Source of the DNA: Minisyncoccota bacterium
GTDB lineage: Bacteria > Patescibacteriota > Minisyncoccia > Phycocordibacterales > UBA9973
Length of the DNA stretch: 64,000 nucleotides
NCBI GenBank assembly: GCA_028718635.1
Contig: JAQULK010000001.1
Coordinates: 396,818-460,817 of the forward strand
Direction: 5' to 3'
Both the position numbers and the translations under genes were made by a program. This document shows positions 47,951 to 57,023 of this stretch, one piece after another. Each line of letters starts with the position of its first letter. The stretch's first letter is position 1. The notes beneath the pieces were generated by a model. The model was not told the origin of the DNA. It worked only from the letters and a program-made list of their open reading frames with translations, and did no database searches.

Positions 47951-49114
47951 CTACGGCATCAATTGCTTGAGGTTTGATTTTAAAAGGTTTTTGAAATCTT
48001 TGAAAAGATTACCCAAAGAGCTGTCGGAATAACTGTCGCCGTCCTTGCCGGAAGAGAGAAGGCCAATAGCGGTGAAATAAGACGGGTCGCGAAGTTTTGT
48101 CTTGGCATTGCCGAAGATTTCTATAGCGCCAATATTCGATGGAAGCTTGAGAATCGATTTTGATAATTCTGTCAAACGAGGAGTATTTGCTCCGCCGCCT
48201 ACGAATACTATGCCCGCCGGCAAGAGTTCTGATCTTTTTATTTTTCTTAAATTATTTTCTATTGATTCAAAAATATCGCACAATCGCGCTTCGATAATCT
48301 CATCGAGTTTTTTCTTAGAAAATTCTCCCGTATCGTTTCCGAGTTTTAAAGCTTCCGCTTTCTCTAGTGGGATTTTAAAACCAAGAGCGATGTCGTTGGT
48401 TATTTTATTCGAGCCTATAAGAAAGGTGCTCATTGATACCAATAATCCATTTTCAAAAACAGAAAGGGAAGTCGTCTGGTCTCCGATGTCTACCAATGCC
48501 ACTCCCACGATTTTTTGTTTTTCTGACAAGGCTATGTCCGCAATGGCGACCGGCGATGCTATGACATCCAAGGTATCGACTCCGGCTTCTGCAATAGCTT
48601 TTACCAAATCTTCTAAATATACGATAGAATAAGTGACAAAAAGAGTTTTAACTTCAAGCTTCGTTCCAAACATTCCCTCTAATCTTCCCAGCACTTCTTT
48701 TCCATCAAGCCTGAAAGTTTGCGGATAAATATGAATGATTTTTTTATTGCTTAGGTTTAAATTGTTTTCACAATCTTGAACGGCTTTATTGATGTCGAGA
48801 GCAGTTACTTCGCCGTTTGCTTTTGAAATAATTGTTTCCCCTGAACTTGCGATGCTCTGCAAAGTGGCGCCAGAGATCGAAACAAAGCATCGTTTGATTT
48901 TTAGGCCGGAAGTTTTTTCAGCCATCTTCACGGCAGAACTTACCGAAGCGGTTACGAGAGAAGAGTTTACGACATAACCATTCCGCATGCCGAGCGTCAC
49001 ACTTTCACCCATACCAATAATTTTAGGATTTTTTTCTCCCTTGATGAATTCTCCGACTACGACTCGCGTCATGGACGATCCCACGTCTATGCCTACCGAA
49101 ATATTTCTTATCAT
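47951..49114 (-). CDS. ftsA: Cell division protein FtsA
   Basis: Actin-like ATPase fold, 'VGIDVGSSMTRVVV', 'VFVGGGANTPRL'. Confidence 0.9.
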   Translation of the reverse strand: MIRNISVGIDVGSSMTRVVVGEFIKGEKNPKIIGMGESVTLGMRNGYVVNSSLVTASVSSAVKMAEKTSGLKIKRCFVSISGATLQSIASSGETIISKANGEVTALDINKAVQDCENNLNLSNKKIIHIYPQTFRLDGKEVLGRLEGMFGTKLEVKTLFVTYSIVYLEDLVKAIAEAGVDTLDVIASPVAIADIALSEKQKIVGVALVDIGDQTTSLSVFENGLLVSMSTFLIGSNKITNDIALGFKIPLEKAEALKLGNDTGEFSKKKLDEIIEARLCDIFESIENNLRKIKRSELLPAGIVFVGGGANTPRLTELSKSILKLPSNIGAIEIFGNAKTKLRDPSYFTAIGLLSSGKDGDSYSDSSLGNLFKDFKNLLKSNLKQLMP

Positions 49115-49175
49115 CCCGATACTAAAATTTTAACTTTTAATACCCTTATTATATCACTTTCTCAAAAATTAGGCG

Positions 49176-49556
49176 CTAGCCGTTACGGGATAAATATTTT
49201 TCTTCCATTTCTTCCATTTTCGAGCCGTGTTCATATCCTTTTAGATGCAGCATTCCGTGGATAACTAAAAAGCCCAAAAAGTCGCTGAAAGTTTTGTTAA
49301 AATTTTTAGCCTCCTTTTTTATAACAGCGGGGCACAATATTATTTCTCCTTCATTTTTACTTAACAAAAAAGATAAAATGTTTGTGGGTTTATTTTTGTT
49401 CCTATATTTTTTATTTATTTCTTTAGAAGTTTTTTCATCGACGCAAGCGATGGACAAGGAATATTTCTTACCTAAAATATCTTCTTTTAAAAGTACAAAA
49501 GGCAAGCGAGGAAGCTTGCCTTTTGTTTTGTTTATTAAAGAAAAATTCTCCTCCAT
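49176..49556 (-). CDS. ybeY: Endoribonuclease YbeY (rRNA maturation)
   Basis: 'HGMLHLKGYEH' zinc-binding H3xH5xH motif. Confidence 0.85.
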   Translation of the reverse strand: MEENFSLINKTKGKLPRLPFVLLKEDILGKKYSLSIACVDEKTSKEINKKYRNKNKPTNILSFLLSKNEGEIILCPAVIKKEAKNFNKTFSDFLGFLVIHGMLHLKGYEHGSKMEEMEEKYLSRNG

Positions 49557-49560
49557 GTTT

Positions 49561-49794
49561 TTACTTAGATATCATTTTGCCCAGTTTGCGAAGCTTCTCT
49601 ATTTCTTTTCTTCTGCTGATTTTCTTTAGAGCGCCTTTTTTTAATTTAAGTTTTGATTCTTTTCTCAAATTATAGCGAGAACCTTTGACTTTGCGAATGA
49701 TGCCGGATTCTTGAATCTTGCGCGAAAAACGGCGCAAGACGCTCGAATTGTTTTCGTTCGGATTTTTTCTCACTTCAATTACTGTTTTTGCCAT
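49561..49794 (-). CDS. rpsU: 30S ribosomal protein S21
   Basis: 'VLRRFSRKIQESGIIRKVKGSRYNLRKESK' S21-like basic pattern. Confidence 0.75.
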   Translation of the reverse strand: MAKTVIEVRKNPNENNSSVLRRFSRKIQESGIIRKVKGSRYNLRKESKLKLKKGALKKISRRKEIEKLRKLGKMISK

Positions 49795-49851
49795 AACCTA
49801 CACTATCATATAATTGACTCTTTTGTCAAAAAAAGATAAGATATTCAAATA

Positions 49852-50319
49852 ATGCAACAAACAGCGGATTATATAACCGAAGAAAAAAAGCAAATGCTTT
49901 TAGCGGAGTTGAAAGATTTAAAAGGTCCTAAAAGGAAAGAAATTTTGCAAAATTTGGAGTACGCAAAATCACTTGGGGATTTATCAGAAAATGCAGAATA
50001 TCATCAATCTCGCGAAGATCAAGGCAAACTAGAAGCGCGTATCGCTAAAATAGAGCAGATTTTACAATCCTCCCAAGTCGTCAAAGGTGGAGGAGGAGAT
50101 GTGGTTAGTATTGGCTCTAATGTAATAGTCCAAAAAGTTGGTACCAAAGAAGAGAAAAACTATATCATAGTCGGGTCAGAAGAAGCAGATATGGCATCGG
50201 GGAAAATTTCTAATCGTTCCCCTGTAGGGACTGCGCTTTTTGGAAAAAAGAAAGGCGACAATGTTTCTTTTCAAACTCCGAACGGCTTGGTTAATTATAA
50301 AATCATTAATGTATCTTAA
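49852..50319 (+). CDS. greA: Transcription elongation factor GreA
   Basis: N-terminal coiled coil and 'SLGDLSENAEYH' acidic tip, C-terminal FKBP-like domain. Confidence 0.85.
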   Translation: MQQTADYITEEKKQMLLAELKDLKGPKRKEILQNLEYAKSLGDLSENAEYHQSREDQGKLEARIAKIEQILQSSQVVKGGGGDVVSIGSNVIVQKVGTKEEKNYIIVGSEEADMASGKISNRSPVGTALFGKKKGDNVSFQTPNGLVNYKIINVS

Positions 50320-51779
50320 TGTCTTCAATTGATGAAATTAGGGACGCTCGAATAAAAAAACTCGAACTTTTAAAAAAGAAAGGGCATGAGGCGTATCCCG
50401 CAAATTCAAAAAGAGAAATTTCTTTGAAGGATGCAGTTGATGATTTTGAAAATCTTGAGAAAGAAAAACAAGCAAAATGGATTGCCGGTAGAATAATGTC
50501 TATTCGTGGACAGGGGGCAATTATTTTTATTACCTTGAATGATGGTACTGGACTCTTCCAAGGACTTTTGAAAAAAGATGTTCTTGGCGATGAGAAATTC
50601 GATTTTTGGAATGAAGTGGTTGATATTGGAGATTTTGTAGAAATCCAAGGAACTTTTTTTACGACTAAAAGAGGAGAGAAAACATTAGAAGCAAAAGATT
50701 GGCGGATGCTCTCAAAGAGTTTGCGCCCGCTTCCCGAAAAATGGCATGGATTAGTGGATGTGGAAGAAAGATTCCGCAAAAGATATTTGGATATTTTAAT
50801 GAATCCTGAGATAAAGGATCTTTTTGAAAAAAAAGCAAAATTTTGGGATGTTGTGCGTAATTTTATGAAAGAAAAAGGTTTTTTAGAAGTTGAAACTCCA
50901 ACTTTAGAAACTACGACCGGTGGAGCAGAGGCCACTCCTTTTAAAACCCACCATAATGATTATGATTTAGATGTTTATTTGCGTATTTCTGTTGGTGAAT
51001 TATGGCAAAAGAGATTGATGGCAGCTGGTTTTCCTAAAACTTTTGAAATTGGCAGAGTTTATAGAAACGAAGGCACTAGTCCAGAACATGCTCAAGAATT
51101 TACCAATATGGAGTTTTACTGGGCCTTTGCTAATTATAATGATGGCATGAAACTGGTTCGAGAAATGTATATTAAAATTGCTAAAGAAGTTTTCGGTACG
51201 ACAAAATTTACTGTGCACAAACATACTTTTGATTTAGCTGATGAATGGGAGAAGATTGACTATGTTTCTAAAATAAAAGAAATGACAGGAATTGATATTT
51301 TTAAAGCCAGTGAAAAAGATATAAAGGAAAAACTTAACAAGCTTGGTGTAAAATATGATGGAGACAATAAGGAACGTTTGATCGATTCACTTTGGAAATA
51401 TTGTCGTAAACAGATTTCTGGTCCAGCTTTTCTTGTTCATCATCCTGTGTTGGTTGCACCGCTTGCAAAAATAAATCGAGAGGATTCTCTTACCACTGAA
51501 CGATTTATGCCTATTATTGCTGGTAGTGAAGTAGGGAATGGATATTCAGAATTAAATGATCCGATTGATCAAAGGGAGAGATTTGAATCTCAGCAGAAGA
51601 TGTTGGATAAAGGGGATACTGAAGCCATGATGCCAGACGATGAATTTGTAGAAATGCTTGAGTATGGTATGCCTCCAACTTGCGGGTTTGGTTTTGGTGA
51701 AAGACTTTTTTCTATTCTATTAAACAAGCCTCTTCGCGAAACTCAAATGTTTCCACTAATGAAACCAATTAAAGAATAA
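50319..51779 (+). CDS. lysS: Lysyl-tRNA synthetase, class II
   Basis: OB anticodon-binding domain plus class II motifs 'RVYRNEGTSPEHAQEFTNMEFYWA' and 'GFGFGERL'. Confidence 0.9.
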   Translation: MSSIDEIRDARIKKLELLKKKGHEAYPANSKREISLKDAVDDFENLEKEKQAKWIAGRIMSIRGQGAIIFITLNDGTGLFQGLLKKDVLGDEKFDFWNEVVDIGDFVEIQGTFFTTKRGEKTLEAKDWRMLSKSLRPLPEKWHGLVDVEERFRKRYLDILMNPEIKDLFEKKAKFWDVVRNFMKEKGFLEVETPTLETTTGGAEATPFKTHHNDYDLDVYLRISVGELWQKRLMAAGFPKTFEIGRVYRNEGTSPEHAQEFTNMEFYWAFANYNDGMKLVREMYIKIAKEVFGTTKFTVHKHTFDLADEWEKIDYVSKIKEMTGIDIFKASEKDIKEKLNKLGVKYDGDNKERLIDSLWKYCRKQISGPAFLVHHPVLVAPLAKINREDSLTTERFMPIIAGSEVGNGYSELNDPIDQRERFESQQKMLDKGDTEAMMPDDEFVEMLEYGMPPTCGFGFGERLFSILLNKPLRETQMFPLMKPIKE

Positions 51780-51795
51780 ATTAAAAATTATTATA

Positions 51796-51828
51796 AAAAA
51801 CCATCAATAAATTGATGGTTTTTTATTG
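51796..51828 (+). terminator. Intrinsic terminator after lysS
   Basis: aaccatcaa-taaa-ttgatggtt followed by ttttatt. Confidence 0.7.
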
Positions 51829-51887
51829 TTATTAAGAACTACAAAGTTATCCACAGGGGAGGGGTTGGAGGTATTTTTTTAGTGGTT

Positions 51888-51925
51888 TATAATGTATATC
51901 AGGTGGGAAAAAGTGGGAAATTTTA
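51888..51925 (+). promoter_or_regulatory. dcw-cluster promoter -10 (TATAAT, 51888..51893) followed by MraZ-box direct repeats GTGGG-N5-GTGGG (51903..51917)
   Basis: ggtttataatgtatatcaGGTGGGaaaaaGTGGGaaatttt. MraZ is known to bind GTGGG-like repeats at 10-bp phasing near its own promoter. Confidence 0.55.
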
Positions 51926-52048
51926 AGAAGCGACAGCGACTGTAAAATTTCACCACCCTGTTAAATAATTTTTACAAAGCAAAAATTGCCAAAAGGCATT
52001 TAACAGGGTAAAGATTTTTATGTTCACTTTCCTCTCTAAAAATCATTT

Positions 52049-52492
52049 ATGTTAATTGGCGAATACATACACACAATAGATGAAAAGAATAGAATGTCTT
52101 TGCCAGCAAAGTTTCGCAAAGAGCTCGGCAAGAAAATAATTATCACCCCAGGACTCGGACAATGCTTGTTCATTTTTACAAGTAAAGAATGGGAAAAAGT
52201 AAGCAAGAAACTTTCTGATTCAGACAACGACCTTTCATTTTTAAAAGCAGATCAAAGAAATTTTAATAGATATATGTTTGGACGGGCGGCAGAAATAGAG
52301 ATAGATTCGATCGGCAGAATTTTGATTCCAGATTTTCTGAAAGAAAGAATCGGACTCAAAAATACGGCAGCGATCGTGGGAGTCAAAGACAGAGTAGAAG
52401 TTTGGAGCGAGAAGAAGTGGTCAGAGGAAAAAGCGTTAGTAGAGAAGCAAGCAGAAGCATTAGCAGAGAAGCTCGGAAACGACGGAAAATAA
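52049..52492 (+). CDS. mraZ: Transcriptional regulator MraZ
   Basis: Duplicated SpoVT/AbrB-like halves: 'MLIGEYIHTIDEKNRMSLP' and 'VGVKDRVEVWS'. Confidence 0.9.
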   Translation: MLIGEYIHTIDEKNRMSLPAKFRKELGKKIIITPGLGQCLFIFTSKEWEKVSKKLSDSDNDLSFLKADQRNFNRYMFGRAAEIEIDSIGRILIPDFLKERIGLKNTAAIVGVKDRVEVWSEKKWSEEKALVEKQAEALAEKLGNDGK

Positions 52493-52493
52493 G

Positions 52494-53390
52494 ATGGCCT
52501 CGCCTATAGGACAACGGCCGAAGGAGAGTATACACCAGACAGTTCTTTTAAATGAAACAATAGAAGGTTTGAACTTGAAAATAGATTCTGTCGTTTTGGA
52601 TTGCACTTTTGGGGGAGGCGGACATAGCCTCGAGATCTTAAAAAGATTTCCAAAAGTGAAAATTATTGCGCTTGATCAAGACAAAGGTGTGTGGAGAAAT
52701 AATGATAAGAGAATTTCTTTTCATAATGAAAATTTTTCCAATCTAGATAAAGTATTGAAGGAAGAAAAAGTGGATGGCATTATCTTTGATTTAGGTTTGA
52801 GTTCTGACCAATTGGAAAATTCTGGACGAGGATTTTCTTTTATGAAAAATGAGCCTTTGCTTATGACCATGAAAGAAAATCCTCAGGCAGAAGATCTCAC
52901 TGCGATGGATATCGTAAACACATGGAATGAGAAAAGTTTGGCTGACATTATTTATGGTTACGGAGAAGAAAGATACAGCAGAAGGATAGCCAAAGGAATC
53001 GTGGAAGCAAGAAAGAAAGGAAAGATAGAGACGACCTTCGATTTAGTAAAGATAATCAGCGAGTCAGTTCCAGCATCATATAAAAGAGGGAGATTGCATC
53101 CAGCCACCAAAACATTTCAAGCATTACGAATCGCAGTCAATGATGAGTTAGGAGTTTTAAAAGATGGTTTGGAAAAAGGATTTGGCAAATTAAAGACGGG
53201 TGGAAGGATGGCAGTAATTTCTTTCCATAGCCTAGAAGACAGGATAGTAAAAAGATTTTATAAAGAATTAGAAAAAGAAGGAAAAGTAAAATTAATAAAT
53301 AAGAAAATCATTTTAGCAAGCGATGAAGAGTTAAAAAATAATCCCCGATCAAGAAGCGCAAAATTAAGAGTTATGGAAAAAATAAAATAA
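52494..53390 (+). CDS. rsmH: 16S rRNA (cytosine1402-N4)-methyltransferase RsmH
   Basis: 'LDCTFGGGGHS' SAM motif, 'FDLGLSSDQL'. Confidence 0.9.
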   Translation: MASPIGQRPKESIHQTVLLNETIEGLNLKIDSVVLDCTFGGGGHSLEILKRFPKVKIIALDQDKGVWRNNDKRISFHNENFSNLDKVLKEEKVDGIIFDLGLSSDQLENSGRGFSFMKNEPLLMTMKENPQAEDLTAMDIVNTWNEKSLADIIYGYGEERYSRRIAKGIVEARKKGKIETTFDLVKIISESVPASYKRGRLHPATKTFQALRIAVNDELGVLKDGLEKGFGKLKTGGRMAVISFHSLEDRIVKRFYKELEKEGKVKLINKKIILASDEELKNNPRSRSAKLRVMEKIK

Positions 53391-53800
53391 TGAGACAAGC
53401 AACCTTACAATTAAAAACACGAATATCCAATGTAAATATTATGAACAATAATATTGAAATTAAAAAAAATATTTTGTATACAATGATCTTTATTTTTGCG
53501 GGTTTGGCGCTTTTTTATGTATTTATTTTGGGAAACATGGTTTTCAACATTGTGGAAAGAAGAAATTTAGAAAAAGAAATGCTTTCTTTGTCCAATGAGG
53601 TGGGCAACTTACAAGTTTCTTATTTAGCTGTTTCAAATAGTGTTGATATGAATCTTTCATCTTCTATGGGATTTAAGGAAACCAAGGCAACTTTTGCCAC
53701 TCGAAAAACCCTCGGCCGTAGCCCTACGGGCGAGGCTCTCGGATTCAATGCAAGCAGTGATCATCTTGGAAACGTAAAATTTGCCAATAATGAAATCTAG
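53390..53800 (+). CDS. FtsL-like cell-division protein (TM plus coiled coil). True start probably internal (MNNNIEI, ~53438)
   Basis: In the ftsL position between rsmH and ftsI. TM 'ILYTMIFIFAGLALFYVFIL' then coiled coil. Confidence 0.5.
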   Translation: MRQATLQLKTRISNVNIMNNNIEIKKNILYTMIFIFAGLALFYVFILGNMVFNIVERRNLEKEMLSLSNEVGNLQVSYLAVSNSVDMNLSSSMGFKETKATFATRKTLGRSPTGEALGFNASSDHLGNVKFANNEI

Positions 53801-55508
53801 TTTTGTTTTTAGATCCAGAATAATTCTTCTTTTTGTTTTGATTTTTGCCGGTGTGCTCGTAACAAAACTTTTTTTTGTGCAATTAGTACATAGCAATACT
53901 TATTCAGAAACCGCAGATCGCCAATATTCCACGCCTTCATCCAATATTTTTGAACGCGGAACTATTTATTTTGTACGCAAAGATGGAGCGCTTGTTCCGG
54001 CTGCGATCCAAACTGCCGGTTTTAAAATGGCTATCAATCCAAATAAAATTACCAATGGAGAAGCTGTCTATAAAAAATTATCAAAAATAGCAACTTTTGA
54101 TTACACGAATTTTATATTAAGAGCAGGACAAAAGAATGATCCATATGAAGAGATAGCGAACCATCTTTCTAAAGAACAAGCTGATGCCATCTCAGCATTA
54201 AAAATTCCCGGAGTAAATATTTTTAAAGAAAAATGGCGTTTTTACCCTGGAGGCAATTTGGCTGCGCACGCGCTCGGCTTTGTGGGGTATAAAGGTGATG
54301 AATTGGGAGGGCGTTATGGGCTTGAAAGGCAATATGATTCCATCCTTGCCCGAAACGTGGACAATCCTTATGTTAATTTTTTTGCTGAAGTTTTCTCCAA
54401 TATTAATGAAACTTTGTTTGAAAAAAATAAAGTGGCAGAGGGGGACATCGTGACGACAATCGAGCCTCAAGTTCAAAGTTTTTTAGAAAAAAAATTGGCT
54501 GAAGTAAAGAATAAATATCAGATTGATTCTGTCGGTGGAATAATTATGAATCCTATGGACGGATCCATCTATGCGCTCGGAGCGCTACCTTCTTTTGATC
54601 CGAATAATTTTGCTCAAAATAAAACTGTCTTAGTTTTCTCGGATCCATTAGTAGAAAATGTTTTAGAGTTTGGTTCCGTGGTTAAACCTTTAGTTATGGC
54701 ATCTGCTCTGGACGCAAAAGTAGTCACTGCCAACACGACGTACAACGATAAAGGCGAAGTTACTGTCGAAAAACACCAAATATTTAATTTCGATAAAAAA
54801 GGCAGAGGCCTAGGCACTACTATGCAGGATGTTCTTAATCAATCTCTCAACACCGGTATGGTTTTTGTAGAACAGAAATTAGGTAAAGTAAAATTACGCG
54901 ATTATTTATTGAGTTTTGGCATTAAAGATAAAACTGGGATAGATCTGCCGAATGAAACCTCGGGACTTGTTTCTGGGATACTGACTAGTCCTCGCGAGAT
55001 CGAGTATGCCAATGCGGCTTTTGGACAAGGAATTGCTTTTACCCCATTTGAATTAATTCGAGCTTTAGCCTCTCTTAGTAATGGCGGTAATTTAGTTACT
55101 CCTCATCTTGTTTCTGAAATAAAATATACTGATGGGACTTCTAAGAAAATTACTTATTCGGCAATTCCTACAAAAATTACCAAAGCCTCCTCGGAAGAGA
55201 TAACCAGAATGCTGGTGCAAGTTATGGATAAAGGAATAGCTGGAGATTCGAAAAAACTTGAGCATTTTAGCGTAGCAGCCAAGACAGGTACGGCGCAAGT
55301 TGCGGATAATCTAAATGGAGGATATTATAAAGATAGGCATAACCATTCTTTTGTAGGTTATTTCCCCGCTTACGATCCTAAATTTATAGTTTTTCTTTAT
55401 GCCATAAATCCTAAAGGGGTGCTTTATTCTGCTACGACTTGGACGGATCCTTTTTTGGAAATTGCGAAATTTTTATTAAATTATTACAATGTTCCGCCGG
55501 ATAGGTAA
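53781..55508 (+). CDS. ftsI: Penicillin-binding protein 2/3 (FtsI-like transpeptidase)
   Basis: N-terminal TM, 'GSVVKP' (SxxK), 'NQSLNTG' (SxN) and 'KTGTAQ' (KTG). Confidence 0.9.
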   Translation: MPIMKSSFVFRSRIILLFVLIFAGVLVTKLFFVQLVHSNTYSETADRQYSTPSSNIFERGTIYFVRKDGALVPAAIQTAGFKMAINPNKITNGEAVYKKLSKIATFDYTNFILRAGQKNDPYEEIANHLSKEQADAISALKIPGVNIFKEKWRFYPGGNLAAHALGFVGYKGDELGGRYGLERQYDSILARNVDNPYVNFFAEVFSNINETLFEKNKVAEGDIVTTIEPQVQSFLEKKLAEVKNKYQIDSVGGIIMNPMDGSIYALGALPSFDPNNFAQNKTVLVFSDPLVENVLEFGSVVKPLVMASALDAKVVTANTTYNDKGEVTVEKHQIFNFDKKGRGLGTTMQDVLNQSLNTGMVFVEQKLGKVKLRDYLLSFGIKDKTGIDLPNETSGLVSGILTSPREIEYANAAFGQGIAFTPFELIRALASLSNGGNLVTPHLVSEIKYTDGTSKKITYSAIPTKITKASSEEITRMLVQVMDKGIAGDSKKLEHFSVAAKTGTAQVADNLNGGYYKDRHNHSFVGYFPAYDPKFIVFLYAINPKGVLYSATTWTDPFLEIAKFLLNYYNVPPDR

Positions 55509-55518
55509 TAGGATATGA

Positions 55519-55634
55519 ATCCCGAACGAAATCGCGGACGCATAAAATAAATAAATTTATGAAATTGATTAAAGATATTTTTAATAGTAAAACAAAGGAA
55601 AAAGCGTAAGCGTACGCGTCCTATTTCGTACGGG
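55519..55634 (+). repeat. Family A ~116-nt stop-to-start element, copy 2, with a mini-ORF at 55559..55609
   Basis: tcccgaacgaaatcgcggacgc ... cgtaagcgtacgcgtcctatttcgtacggg ATG (murF). Encodes MKLIKDIFNSKTKEKA*. Confidence 0.7.
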
Positions 55635-56957
55635 ATGAAAACAACTTTCAAAAAAATAATAGTTTATATTTTAAGAATAGAGTCGGAGCTAGTGCTTTTA
55701 AAATATAAACCTAAGATCATAGCCATCACCGGATCAGTGGGAAAAACTTCCACCAAGGACGCAGTCTTTGCTGTCCTTTCAAAAATATCCCATGTACGAA
55801 AAAGTGAAAAAAGTTTTAATAGTGAGATAGGTTTGCCTCTTACCATTTTGGGTGTTCCGAATGGGTGGAACAATCCGCTTATCTGGCTTTTAAATATATT
55901 AAAAGGGTTGTGGCTTTTTCTCAATCCTTTTAATACTGACAAATATCCCAAATGGCTCGTGCTTGAGGTCGGCATAGGGAAGCCTGACGATATGAAAAAG
56001 ACAGCGTCCTGGCTTAAAACTGATGTCGTGATTATGACAGCGATAGGAGACACGCCTTCACATGTTGAGTTTTTCAATTCACACAAGCACCTCGTGGAAG
56101 AAAAAAGTCTGTTGATAAAAACCTTAAAAAAAGACGGTCTTTTGTTGTTAAACGCAGATGATCCGACGATCTTGGAAATGAAAGAAAAAAGCAAAAATCT
56201 TACTGTCACCTATGGATTTAAAGAAGGCGCTGATGTTTTGGGTTCAGGAGATACTATTTTTTACAACAAAGACAACAAACCCGAAGGAATAATATTCAGA
56301 GTAGATGTAGAAGGCAAGAGTTTGCCTATCGTAATAGAAAAAGTTTTTGGAAGAAATCATGTCTATGCGGCTCTCTCCGCTTTGGCATTATCCTTTGGCT
56401 TGAAATTTAATATGATGACAGCGGTAGATTCGCTCAAAGATTATGACGTGGCGCCTGGGCGAATGAGACTGCACAATGGGATAAACGGTAGTTTGATCAT
56501 TGATGATACTTACAATTCTTCTCCCTTTGCTTGCGAGTTTGCGCTTAGAACTTTGGGACAGATAAAAATAGAAAAAAATAAAAACGAAAAGGGGAGGAGG
56601 GTGGCTGTTTTGGGTGATATGCTCGAACTCGGCAAGCATACCAGTGAAGCTCATAAAAATATTGGGAAAATTGCCAAAGATAACGTAGATATTTTAATTG
56701 TTGTGGGTCCAAGAGCAGAAAAGATAAAAGAAGGGGCGATAGAAGCAAGAATGAATGAAGAAAGTATTATTCAATTTTTAAATTCACGTGAGGCAGGGAA
56801 TTTTATAAAAACTTTTGTAGAGAAAAATGACATTGTGCTGGTAAAAGGTTCGCAAGGGATGCGTATGGAGCGTGTCGTCGAGACTATTCTTTTAGATCAA
56901 GAAAATAAAAGCAAATTATTAGTGCGCCAAGAGAGAGAGTGGCTGGAGAAGAAATAA
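55635..56957 (+). CDS. murF: UDP-N-acetylmuramoyl-tripeptide--D-alanyl-D-alanine ligase
   Basis: 'IIAITGSVGKTSTKD' P-loop, Mur ligase middle and C-terminal domains. Confidence 0.9.
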   Translation: MKTTFKKIIVYILRIESELVLLKYKPKIIAITGSVGKTSTKDAVFAVLSKISHVRKSEKSFNSEIGLPLTILGVPNGWNNPLIWLLNILKGLWLFLNPFNTDKYPKWLVLEVGIGKPDDMKKTASWLKTDVVIMTAIGDTPSHVEFFNSHKHLVEEKSLLIKTLKKDGLLLLNADDPTILEMKEKSKNLTVTYGFKEGADVLGSGDTIFYNKDNKPEGIIFRVDVEGKSLPIVIEKVFGRNHVYAALSALALSFGLKFNMMTAVDSLKDYDVAPGRMRLHNGINGSLIIDDTYNSSPFACEFALRTLGQIKIEKNKNEKGRRVAVLGDMLELGKHTSEAHKNIGKIAKDNVDILIVVGPRAEKIKEGAIEARMNEESIIQFLNSREAGNFIKTFVEKNDIVLVKGSQGMRMERVVETILLDQENKSKLLVRQEREWLEKK

Positions 56958-57023
56958 AAAAGAGGGCCAGCTATACGCTAACCCCCAAAGTGCTCCTCAC
57001 CACTGAGGAGGGGATACTGAAAT

